Below, piece after piece: positions 47,688 to 55,691 of a stretch of 64,000 bases of DNA. Position 1 is the stretch's first letter, and every line of letters starts with the position of its first letter. Where the stretch lies: contig JAPOVQ010000014.1 of the NCBI GenBank assembly GCA_026708035.1, positions 2,826-66,825 of the forward strand, read 5' to 3'. Under the pieces are notes generated by a model that worked only from the letters and a program-made list of their open reading frames with translations, was not told the origin of the DNA and did no database searches. Made by a program: the position numbers and the translations under genes. The stretch is from Chloroflexota bacterium (lineage in GTDB: Bacteria; Chloroflexota; UBA11872).

Positions 47688-49202
47688 GTGAGCGCGTCGC
47701 GCCGCCGGAAGCGCCCGCGCGGGCGGGGGGCGGGGCCGCCGGCATCGGGCCCCGACGCCTCGCAGCTCGAGCGCCTCGACCAGTTCCGCTGGCAGATTCC
47801 GACGAGCTACAAGGCCGGAATGCGAGTGCCGGGCGTCATCTACTCGTCCGAAACCATGCTTCCGACGGTCTTATCCGACAAACCCCTGGAGCAGCTGGCC
47901 AACGTCACGTTCCTGCCCGGGATCGTCGGGCACGCCTTGGCCATGCCGGACGTGCATTGGGGCTACGGGTTTCCCGTCGGCGGCGTGGCGGCGACGGATG
48001 TGCGCGACGGCGTGATATCGCCGGGAGGCATCGGGTTTGACATCAACTGCGGCGTGCGGCTCATTCGTACGAACCTCACCGAGGGAGAGCTCCGCCCACG
48101 TCTCAAGGACGCGCTGGACGCACTGTTCCGCGCCGTGCCTGCCGGCATGGGGACCAAGGGCCGCATCCGCCTGACGCACAAGAACATGGATCGGGTGCTG
48201 CGCCGCGGCGCCGCGTGGGCCGTCGACCAAGGGCTCGGCTGGCCCGAGGACCTCGAGGTTGCCGAGGAGGGCGGCGCCCTTGCCGGGGCCGATCCCAAGG
48301 CGGTGTCGGCGCGGGCCAAAGAGCGCGGCGCCGGCCAACTCGGCACCCTGGGCTCGGGGAATCACTTCCTGGAGTTGCAGGTCGTCGATGAGGTATTCGA
48401 TCCATCCGCCGCGTCGGCGCTTGGGATCGAGCAGCCGGGAACCGTCGTCGTCTTCCTGCACACCGGTTCCCGTGGCTGCGGCCACCAGATCTGCCAGGAC
48501 TACTTGCAGACATTCGCCCAGGCGCCGTCGAGTCGCGCGATCGAGTTGCCCGATCGCCAGCTGGCGTGCGCCCCCTTGCGCTCGCCGGAAGGGCAGGACT
48601 ACCTGGCGGCCATGGCGTGCGGCGCGAACTTCGCCTGGGCGAATCGACAGGCGATCACGCACTGGACGCGCGAGGCGCTCTCGGGTGTATTTGGCCGCTC
48701 GGCGCGATCACTCGGCATGGAGGTGGTGTACGACGTGGCGCACAACATCGCGAAAATCGAAGAGCACGTCGTTGACGGTGAGGTGCGCCGCGTCTGCGTG
48801 CACCGCAAGGGCGCCACGCGCGCTTTCCCACCCGGACACCCTGAGCTTCCGAGCAAATACCGGGACGTCGGGCAACCGGTGTTCATCCCTGGCGACATGG
48901 GGCGGGCGTCCTATGTGGCCGTCGGCACGGCGGGCGCGATGGAGCAGTCCTTCGGCTCCACCTGTCACGGCGCCGGCCGCGTCCTCAGCCGCTCCGCGGC
49001 GCGCCGGCGGCTACGAGGGGTGAACATGGTCGAGCGGCTTGCCGCCTTGGGCGTCGGCGTTCGCGCGCGCAATCCTCGGCTGCTCAGCGAAGAAGCTCCC
49101 GACGCCTACAAGAACGTGACCGATGTGACCGCCATCACCCACGGCGCGGGAATCTCCCGCAATGTGGCCCGGCTGCGGCCCGTGGGCGTGATCAAAGGCT
49201 AG
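47688..49202 (+). CDS. rtcB: RNA 3'-phosphate ligase RtcB
   Basis: GMRVPG, MPDVHWGYGFPVGG, GFDINCGVR, LGSGNHFLE, AHN and CHGAGR. GTG start with an Arg-rich N-terminal extension. Confidence 0.9.
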   Translation: MSASRRRKRPRGRGAGPPASGPDASQLERLDQFRWQIPTSYKAGMRVPGVIYSSETMLPTVLSDKPLEQLANVTFLPGIVGHALAMPDVHWGYGFPVGGVAATDVRDGVISPGGIGFDINCGVRLIRTNLTEGELRPRLKDALDALFRAVPAGMGTKGRIRLTHKNMDRVLRRGAAWAVDQGLGWPEDLEVAEEGGALAGADPKAVSARAKERGAGQLGTLGSGNHFLELQVVDEVFDPSAASALGIEQPGTVVVFLHTGSRGCGHQICQDYLQTFAQAPSSRAIELPDRQLACAPLRSPEGQDYLAAMACGANFAWANRQAITHWTREALSGVFGRSARSLGMEVVYDVAHNIAKIEEHVVDGEVRRVCVHRKGATRAFPPGHPELPSKYRDVGQPVFIPGDMGRASYVAVGTAGAMEQSFGSTCHGAGRVLSRSAARRRLRGVNMVERLAALGVGVRARNPRLLSEEAPDAYKNVTDVTAITHGAGISRNVARLRPVGVIKG

Positions 49203-49300
49203 CGTCGAGGGCGCTGCCAGTGCGCCCGAATCGGCCGGTCGCGACCTGATGGCATCGTCACATATTGGCGGGTGGGCAAGGTCGAATCGCCACCGGCCTC

Positions 49301-49309
49301 TGCTATAGT
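49301..49309 (+). promoter_or_regulatory. Candidate extended -10 promoter element (TGcTATAGT)
   Basis: TGCTATAGT at 49301-49309, about 35 nt upstream of the micro-ORF ATG at 49344. There is no good -35. Confidence 0.3.
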
Positions 49310-49343
49310 CGAATGCAGCGGACGAGGGCGAAGGTGCTTTCAG

Positions 49344-49451
49344 ATGATCAAACGCATCGGTATTCTCACGGCGATCATTGGGGTGGTCGCAGTGGCATTC
49401 CGGGCTGTTCGGAAGATGATGGGCGGAGGGGAAGCCGAAGAGGCCGCTTAG
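49344..49451 (+). CDS. Candidate 35 aa single-TM micro-protein (MIKRIGILTAIIGVVAVAFRAVRKMMGGGEAEEAA)
   Basis: ATG preceded by AGGTG at 7 nt. Too short for the ORF track. Its architecture resembles the micro-ORF at 22335..22436. Confidence 0.3.
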   Translation: MIKRIGILTAIIGVVAVAFRAVRKMMGGGEAEEAA

Positions 49452-49530
49452 GCCGAGACCTCGCTGGCCCACAGCGATCCTGGCGCCCTTCACGGGCGCC
49501 ACGTTCGTGTGAGCGCCCACCGCACCGCAT

Positions 49531-49602
49531 TCCTCGGTAGCTCAATGGTAGAGCGTGCGGCTGTTAACCGCAGGGTTGCAGGTTCGAGTCCTGCCCGAGG
49601 AG
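49531..49602 (+). tRNA. tRNA-Asn (anticodon GTT)
   Basis: Cloverleaf fold. Acceptor TCCTCGG/CCGAGGA, D arm GCTC-AATGGTA-GAGC, anticodon arm TGCGG-CTGTTAA-CCGCA, T arm GCAGG-TTCGAGT-CCTGC. CCA is not encoded. Confidence 0.9.
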
Positions 49603-49696
49603 CCGATTGCCCGAGCCTGCTTCCTGGTGCCCCACTCGGCTGAATCGCCAGGCGCAATCGACAGTCCTTGGGCGATCCCATGCTTGCGACCTGCTG

Positions 49697-51250
49697 CTAG
49701 TCGAGCGCCCTGAAGTTCACGCCGAGCGCAGCAAGGTGCTCGATGTTGGTGTTCAGCCGCCGGTGAAACCCACCAAGGCTCCGACGGGCTCTAGGCGACC
49801 AGGCGACTTCCGACAAGGCCAATGCCCTCGGAAACGTCATGTATTCCACGTGTTCGGGTGTACTGATGAACTCCGTCCAGACGTTGCCCTGAGCGCCGAG
49901 GATGTGCCGGGCCTCCCGCTCCGTCAGCTCATCCGGAATTGGTTCGAACCCATACACGGCGTCCAGCGGGATTGGGTGGCCGAAGCGGCCGGCCAGCGGC
50001 TCGACGGCGGGATCGCCTTGGTAGTAGTCGAAGTAAACGTAGTCCCTGGGCGTCATGATGACGTCGTGCCCCTGCCGCGCCGCTTCAACGCCGCCGCTCA
50101 TGCCGCGCCATGACATGACGGTGGCGTTCGGCGCGAGCCCGCCCTCCAGGATTTCATCCCAGCCGATGAGGCGGCGACCGCTGGCATTGAGGAAGGTTTC
50201 GATGCGCCTGATGAACCAGCTCTGTAGCTCGTCCTCATCGGCCAGTCCCTCACGCTGGATGACCTCCTGCGCGAGGCGGCTCGCCTGCCACTGATCCTTG
50301 GGTACTTCGTCGGCGCCGATGTGAATGTACTCGCTGGGAAACAGCTGCATGACCTCAGTGAGCACGTCTTCCAGGAAGCCAAACGTGGCATCTGAGGGCG
50401 AGTAGATGTCTTTCTTGATTCCCCAACTCACCGGCACTTCGAAGGGCCCGGGATGGCACCCGTATTCGGGATAGGCGGCCAATGCGGCCGTGGAATGGCC
50501 CGGCATTTCGATCTCGGGAATGACCGTCACAAATCGCTCGGCGGCGTAGTCCAGTACCTCCCGAATCTCATCCTGCGTGTAGAAACCTCCGTGCGGAATG
50601 CCGTCACCGCCGTAGGTCTTGAGGTTGTTTCCGATCATCGTCTCGCTTCGCCAAGCACCCACTTCCGTCAAGCGTGGATAGGCGTCGATCTCGATGCGCC
50701 AGCCGTGGTCATCCGTCAGATGCCAATGGAAGCGGTTGAACTTGTAGCGTGACATCAGATCGATGAAGCGCTTCACAAACCTGACCTCGAAGAAGTGCCG
50801 GCTCACGTCCAGCATCAACCCGCGGTAGCGAAAGCGCGGGTAGTCCAGGACTTCGACGGCGGGAAGGCTCCAATCGACGTCTGGGCGGATGCATTCGTTC
50901 TCCACCTCGGGCGGAAGCAATTGCCGGATCGATTGGAACGCGTAGAACAGCGCCGCGGCGTCGGCGGCCTGAATCCGAACGCCGTCGGGGCTCACCGCGA
51001 GACGGTAGCCTTCCGGAGGCAGCGACGCGTCCGATGCAATCACAACGTCCGCCGGCCCATGCGATACCACCGGCAGCCCCAGGCCCGTCGTGGCGCGAAG
51101 CCGTTGCACTTCTCGCGTGGCAACCGGCTCGAAGCTCGCGTCCGCCAGGTGGATGGTTGTGGAGGGCCCGAGCCGAAATCGTCCCGCGAGAGATCTGATT
51201 TCGGCCGGGGCCGGAATGATGGCGATTGCGTCGGGATCGTGCATGACCAT
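49697..51250 (-). CDS. Beta-N-acetylhexosaminidase (GH20)
   Basis: GLMLDVSRHF, FHWHLTDDHGWRIE and HIGADEV (catalytic D-E pair context). 517 aa with no obvious signal peptide. Confidence 0.85.
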   Translation of the reverse strand: MVMHDPDAIAIIPAPAEIRSLAGRFRLGPSTTIHLADASFEPVATREVQRLRATTGLGLPVVSHGPADVVIASDASLPPEGYRLAVSPDGVRIQAADAAALFYAFQSIRQLLPPEVENECIRPDVDWSLPAVEVLDYPRFRYRGLMLDVSRHFFEVRFVKRFIDLMSRYKFNRFHWHLTDDHGWRIEIDAYPRLTEVGAWRSETMIGNNLKTYGGDGIPHGGFYTQDEIREVLDYAAERFVTVIPEIEMPGHSTAALAAYPEYGCHPGPFEVPVSWGIKKDIYSPSDATFGFLEDVLTEVMQLFPSEYIHIGADEVPKDQWQASRLAQEVIQREGLADEDELQSWFIRRIETFLNASGRRLIGWDEILEGGLAPNATVMSWRGMSGGVEAARQGHDVIMTPRDYVYFDYYQGDPAVEPLAGRFGHPIPLDAVYGFEPIPDELTEREARHILGAQGNVWTEFISTPEHVEYMTFPRALALSEVAWSPRARRSLGGFHRRLNTNIEHLAALGVNFRALD

Positions 51251-51507
51251 CGAGTTTAACCGGCTAGCGGTGCACTCCCCGCAATTCCCACGCGCGGTCG
51301 TCTCATCCGGCGGGCGCCCCCGTCGTGAGGACGGGAGGTGTCGCTTGACGGAACCGTCTGTGCCGCTGAATCTGGAGCCTCACGATATCGGTGCTATCGG
51401 CCGCGGGCTCGCCTCGTACAGGGGAAGGCAAGGGATCCGGTGAATGCAGAAATGACAGCAAGACCGACGACGCGGCTCGAATCTCGATCCAGACTGGGGG
51501 CTCACCG

Positions 51508-53115
51508 ATGATCATCGCCGAACGTCACCCAACGCCTGGGCAGATCAGCATCCTGCCGGATGGCCGCTGCATGAGCGCGTCCACGCGGGGCAAGGTACTG
51601 CATTCCTCGCTCGAGTCCGGCGCCTTTGACGACCCATGGGTTCCCGAATTCCTCACCGTCAAGTATGGGCGGGGGCGGCCGATTGAGTGGGAGAGTCGCC
51701 AGGTCATCATGGAGCTTCCCATGGGCCTGGGTTGCTGGGAGGGGTGCATTAACTTCGTTGACCGCGAGGGCGCAATCCACCTATTTGGCATGCGGTTCCT
51801 GAAGTGGCCCGAAGATCGCGAGGACCCCAAGCTCCACGAGCAGCGCACCGACGTGTACCACGTCGTGTCCCGCGACGGCGGCGCCACGTGGGAGGGACCG
51901 GTTCGACTCGACTACGGCGAGGAATTCACCGCGGCGATCATGAACGTCGTCCACTTGACGAACGGTCGAATCGTGCTGCCGCTGGAGTACTTCGACGTCG
52001 AACGCGCCGTCGGCAAGTACGTCTCCAAATCGTGTTACTCCGACGACGGCGGACGCACCTGGCGGCATGACTCCACCCACCTGCCGGTCGAGTCCGGCGG
52101 CCAGCACAGCCACTCAGGTGCCGTCGAGCCGGTGGTGGCCGAGCTCGACGGCGGCCGCGTGTGGATGCTGATTCGCACGCAACTCGGGTGCTTCTACGAG
52201 TCCTTCTCCGACGACGGACGGATCTGGTCGCCGCCCGAGCCCTCGCGCTTCAAGGGGTCCAGCTCGCCCGGCGAGGCCCTGCGACTGCGTGACGGGCGGC
52301 TGCTGTTCGTGTGGACGAACGGGATTGGGCCGCCCTTTGCCTCCGACATGCTGGCCGAGTGGACCGAATATCCCACCGAATCCTGGTGCCGCCAGGTATT
52401 CAACGTCGCGGTCTCGCACGACAACGGCGCGACGTGGCGCGGCTATCGCGAGATCGTTCGGACGATTGGGCACGAGCCGGACGGCGCACGAGTTGGGTAC
52501 CCGCGGTTTGCCGAGCTGCCCGAGGGTGATGTCCTGGTGCAGTTCGGCCATCATTCGGGCGGTGAGCGGGCAGACTGCCAGTACGTTTACGTCGACCCCG
52601 ATCGTCTGGATGAGACCAGCGATCGCGAGGACTTCGACAACGGGCTGGCGGGCTGGTCGTTCACCCGTGCGACAGCCGTGCAAACGGTGACGCTCGATGA
52701 AGAGCACGCGCTGCGGCTGCAGTGCGACGGCGAGGGCCTGCTCGGGGCCGAGCGCAACTTCCCCTTCGCCGTGCGCGGCAGATTGAGCTTCGAGTTGCGG
52801 CGCGACGCGTCCTCGGCGGGCGTGGACCTGGTGCTCGACGAGACCTATTGGGACCCCAGGGATCGCCGAACGAACGGGGCCATTGACATCGGCCTGGACG
52901 CCGACCTCGTGCCCTCCGATTTGTGGGTGCCCGTGACGGTTTCCTGGAATGTCGCCGAGGAGACGGCTGAACTGTCTGTTGGCGACCGGCAGCGCCGGAT
53001 TCCGATTGAACACGCGCCCTTGGGAATCTGCTATCTCACGTTCTACGGTCGGACGCCCGACGCGGAGAGCGGCGCTACCCTGGTTCGCCGGCTCGAGGCG
53101 GTGGTCGAGGACTAG
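51508..53115 (+). CDS. BNR/Asp-box repeat protein (sialidase-like propeller) with an extra C-terminal beta domain
   Basis: Asp-boxes SRDGGATW, SDDGGRTW, SDDGRIW and SHDNGATW. The ATG at 51508 lies inside track ORF 51391..53115. Confidence 0.7.
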   Translation: MIIAERHPTPGQISILPDGRCMSASTRGKVLHSSLESGAFDDPWVPEFLTVKYGRGRPIEWESRQVIMELPMGLGCWEGCINFVDREGAIHLFGMRFLKWPEDREDPKLHEQRTDVYHVVSRDGGATWEGPVRLDYGEEFTAAIMNVVHLTNGRIVLPLEYFDVERAVGKYVSKSCYSDDGGRTWRHDSTHLPVESGGQHSHSGAVEPVVAELDGGRVWMLIRTQLGCFYESFSDDGRIWSPPEPSRFKGSSSPGEALRLRDGRLLFVWTNGIGPPFASDMLAEWTEYPTESWCRQVFNVAVSHDNGATWRGYREIVRTIGHEPDGARVGYPRFAELPEGDVLVQFGHHSGGERADCQYVYVDPDRLDETSDREDFDNGLAGWSFTRATAVQTVTLDEEHALRLQCDGEGLLGAERNFPFAVRGRLSFELRRDASSAGVDLVLDETYWDPRDRRTNGAIDIGLDADLVPSDLWVPVTVSWNVAEETAELSVGDRQRRIPIEHAPLGICYLTFYGRTPDAESGATLVRRLEAVVED

Positions 53116-53159
53116 CCCGGAAATTCTGCGGCGACAGCCGAGCCAGCCGGCACGACGCG

Positions 53160-53190
53160 AAGCGGCGGGGGTGATTCACCCCCGCCGCTT
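53160..53190. terminator. Strong GC hairpin between convergent genes (aagcggcggggg-tgattca-cccccgccgctt)
   Basis: 12-bp perfect stem located between the + gene end at 53115 and the - gene end at 53232. There is no clear U-tract. Confidence 0.5.
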
Positions 53191-53231
53191 GCGTTGGTGA
53201 GCGACCCGTCTACCGGGGCGCTCGCCAGGGC

Positions 53232-55268
53232 CTACCCGACGTAGTCCCTACCGGACCAGCGCGGGTCGAGCCACACGCGGTGGGTGGGTCTGCGCGCCGG
53301 AATCGCGTAGTTGTTCATCCACCACGGTCCGCTCACGCGTCGGTGGTAGAGGAAGAGCAGCGAGTGCTTCCACAACTGTCCGGCGATCATGGTCCCGCGA
53401 CCATGCAGGTAGCGGGAGATCTCGATCCACGCCTCCTTCAGCGCCGCCTTGTTCGGAGCGTCGAACGCCACCTGATAGAGCGCGTCGATCTCCGGGAAGC
53501 AGTCGTGGTGGTAGTTGTAGCCGTTCGGCCAGATGTTGTCGCACCCCATCCGCCGAAACGCATCGCCCACGTCCTGCGAGCCGCCCAGGTTGGCCACGAC
53601 CATCTCGTTGGCCCCGGTCTCCCACAGGTGCTCGACCACCACGGCGCGGTCGACCCTTTCGAACTCGACCTTCAGGCCCATGTCGAGCCAGTTCGCCATC
53701 AGCGCGAGGTCTTGCGGGCGCGGCGCGAACCACCCCAGCCATGTCAGCGTGTCGTCCGTGTTCCAGCCAGACTCCTCGAGCAGGGCCTTGGCCCCCTCCG
53801 GGTCGTATGGCAACGCCCGATAGGCGTCCATCGGCACGTCCTGCATGAACCGGATGTGGCTGAAGTGGTAGTCGTCCACGAACAGCGTGCCGGCCATGAT
53901 GTTGTTGGCGATCGACACGCGATCGGCCCCGATCACCATCGCCTCGGTCATCAGCGAGACGTTCACGTCCGGCCACTTCTCCGCAAAGATTCTGTGGTTG
54001 AGGAAAATCAAGCTCGCGAACGGCGATCGCATGGGCTGCGCCTGCATGTGCGGCATGCCGGCCAGGCGCGCATAGGCCTCGACGCTGCTGGTGCGCAGGA
54101 AGTCGAGCTCGCCCGCCTCCGTCGCGGCGTCGAGCGCCGACGGGTCGCCATAGCGCACGATGTAGCGGTCCACCCACGGCGCACCGTAGGGATAGTCGTC
54201 GTTGCGGCTCAGCTCGGCGAACTGCTGGTCGACGTAGCGCTCGAACTTGAACGGCCCATTGCCGACCGGTTGCAGCGCCATCGTGTCGAACGCCGTGGCC
54301 GGTTCCAGCGCCTCATAGATGTGCTTGGGCATGGGCTGCATGGGGTTCGGGCTCGCCCAGAAGGGCTCCTGCACGCCGTCGGTGGTGAGCTGGATCGTCA
54401 TGTTGTCGATCTTCTTCACCCCGCCGGTGTCTTCGATGTTGTCGGTCGGGTTCTCAGCCCACGCCTTGAACCCCTTCAGCTGTTCGAGCTGCCGGGAGCC
54501 ATATCCCACGCCCCAGTCGGGGTGCGTGACGATGTGGAACGTGTACATGAAGTCGTCCGCCGTCACCGGCTTGCCGTCATGGAAGGTGAAGCGCTCGTCG
54601 AGGTGGAAGATGTAGGACTCTTCCGGCGCCACCTCTTCGAAGGACTTGGCCACGCCATCGCCGAAGCGAGTCTCGAGGCTCGCGAACGGCCCGTCGCCCC
54701 AGCTGGCGCCGTGGATCAGTGAGGTGCCGACCTCGACGTTGACGATGGCCTGGTCGCTGGAGATCTGCGTGTAGCTGTTGAAGCTGGCGCCGGCGATCCC
54801 GCCGCCCCAGCTGACTCTCAGGTCCCCGCCGTATACCGGCTGACCGGCCTGCACGGACGTTGGACGCTCGACGATCTTCTCTTTCTCAATGACCTTCTCG
54901 ACCTCGACCGTCACGACCTTCTCGACTTCGACGACCTTCTCGACCTCAACCGTGACGACCTTCTCGACCTCGACCACCTTCTCGATCGTGACTGGAACTT
55001 CCTTGATGACCTGCTGAACGATCGCCTGCGTTACGACCTTCTCGACCGGGACTTCCTTGACGACCTCCTTGGTCACCACGGACTCGACCGGGACCTCCTT
55101 GACCACTTCCTTGGTCACGATGGTCTCGACCGGGACCTCTTTGATCACTTCCTGGGTGACGATGCGCTCGACGACCTGCGCCTCGCCACATGCCGCGAGC
55201 ACGGCCGCACCCGCTGCTCCAAATAGACCCGCACTCGCTCCCCGAATGAGGTTTCGGCGGGTCATCAT
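53232..55268 (-). CDS. ABC transporter substrate-binding lipoprotein, family 5 (peptide/oligosaccharide type), with a K-E-V repeat stalk
   Basis: Tat-like signal plus lipobox (MMTRRNLIRGASAGLFGAAGAAVLAAC-G). About 100 aa of VTKEVVKEVPVE / VEKVVTVEVEK repeats are followed by an SBP_bac_5-like body. Confidence 0.85.
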   Translation of the reverse strand: MMTRRNLIRGASAGLFGAAGAAVLAACGEAQVVERIVTQEVIKEVPVETIVTKEVVKEVPVESVVTKEVVKEVPVEKVVTQAIVQQVIKEVPVTIEKVVEVEKVVTVEVEKVVEVEKVVTVEVEKVIEKEKIVERPTSVQAGQPVYGGDLRVSWGGGIAGASFNSYTQISSDQAIVNVEVGTSLIHGASWGDGPFASLETRFGDGVAKSFEEVAPEESYIFHLDERFTFHDGKPVTADDFMYTFHIVTHPDWGVGYGSRQLEQLKGFKAWAENPTDNIEDTGGVKKIDNMTIQLTTDGVQEPFWASPNPMQPMPKHIYEALEPATAFDTMALQPVGNGPFKFERYVDQQFAELSRNDDYPYGAPWVDRYIVRYGDPSALDAATEAGELDFLRTSSVEAYARLAGMPHMQAQPMRSPFASLIFLNHRIFAEKWPDVNVSLMTEAMVIGADRVSIANNIMAGTLFVDDYHFSHIRFMQDVPMDAYRALPYDPEGAKALLEESGWNTDDTLTWLGWFAPRPQDLALMANWLDMGLKVEFERVDRAVVVEHLWETGANEMVVANLGGSQDVGDAFRRMGCDNIWPNGYNYHHDCFPEIDALYQVAFDAPNKAALKEAWIEISRYLHGRGTMIAGQLWKHSLLFLYHRRVSGPWWMNNYAIPARRPTHRVWLDPRWSGRDYVG
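54868..55182. repeat. In-frame tandem coding repeats (K/E/V stalk) in SBP 1
   Basis: Reiterated gaccttctcgacctcgacc / cttccttgaccac units are visible in the DNA. Confidence 0.8.
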
Positions 55269-55613
55269 TTTCTTTCCGACTTCAAGCATCTGTAGTCCCT
55301 CCCCTGGTTAGGTGCTGTGAAAAAGTCAGTGTCCGACCACGGTCCCAACGGTTATCCGCGTTTGAGTTTGGACCTCCTCCCTTCAGTCAATCGGCGGTTG
55401 ACCGCGGAACTGTGTGCGTTGGAGGAGTGGTGTACGGGCAAGGCATGACACGTAGGCTTGCCCGGCTTGACCGAAATGGTCACGGTTCGGTCGGATGGCG
55501 TGCGGCTTCGCCTGCTCGTCGGATTACGCACATCCAGCATGCACTGGCCCAACGTATGCCCGCACTTTCAGGCACCGTAGTTTAGAAAGCCGAATCTCGT
55601 CAACAACGCCGAA

Positions 55614-55641
55614 GAGCCGGCGGTCATTCGACCGCCGGCTC
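55614..55641 (-). terminator. Hairpin terminator candidate downstream of SBP 2 (gagccggcggtc-loop-gaccgccggctc)
   Basis: 12-bp perfect stem about 50 nt after the stop at 55692. On the mRNA it is followed by uucggcguuguu. Confidence 0.5.
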
Positions 55642-55691
55642 CTCGATCTGGGCTCATGCCGCCGCGCGGTGCGGCGGCATCGCGGTAGGCG

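Noticed and set aside
45787-49602. Genomic island bounded by tRNA-Val and tRNA-Asn
   Set aside because: The content (moeA, archease, rtcB) is housekeeping-like. No integrase, direct repeat of a tRNA 3' end, or compositional shift is visible.
54868-55182. Regularly spaced short DNA repeats (also 57321..57556 and 9760..10350) considered as a CRISPR-like array
   Set aside because: The repeats are contiguous, in frame, and lie inside long ORFs with signal peptides and folded C-terminal domains. There are no unique spacers and no cas genes. They are coding tandem repeats.
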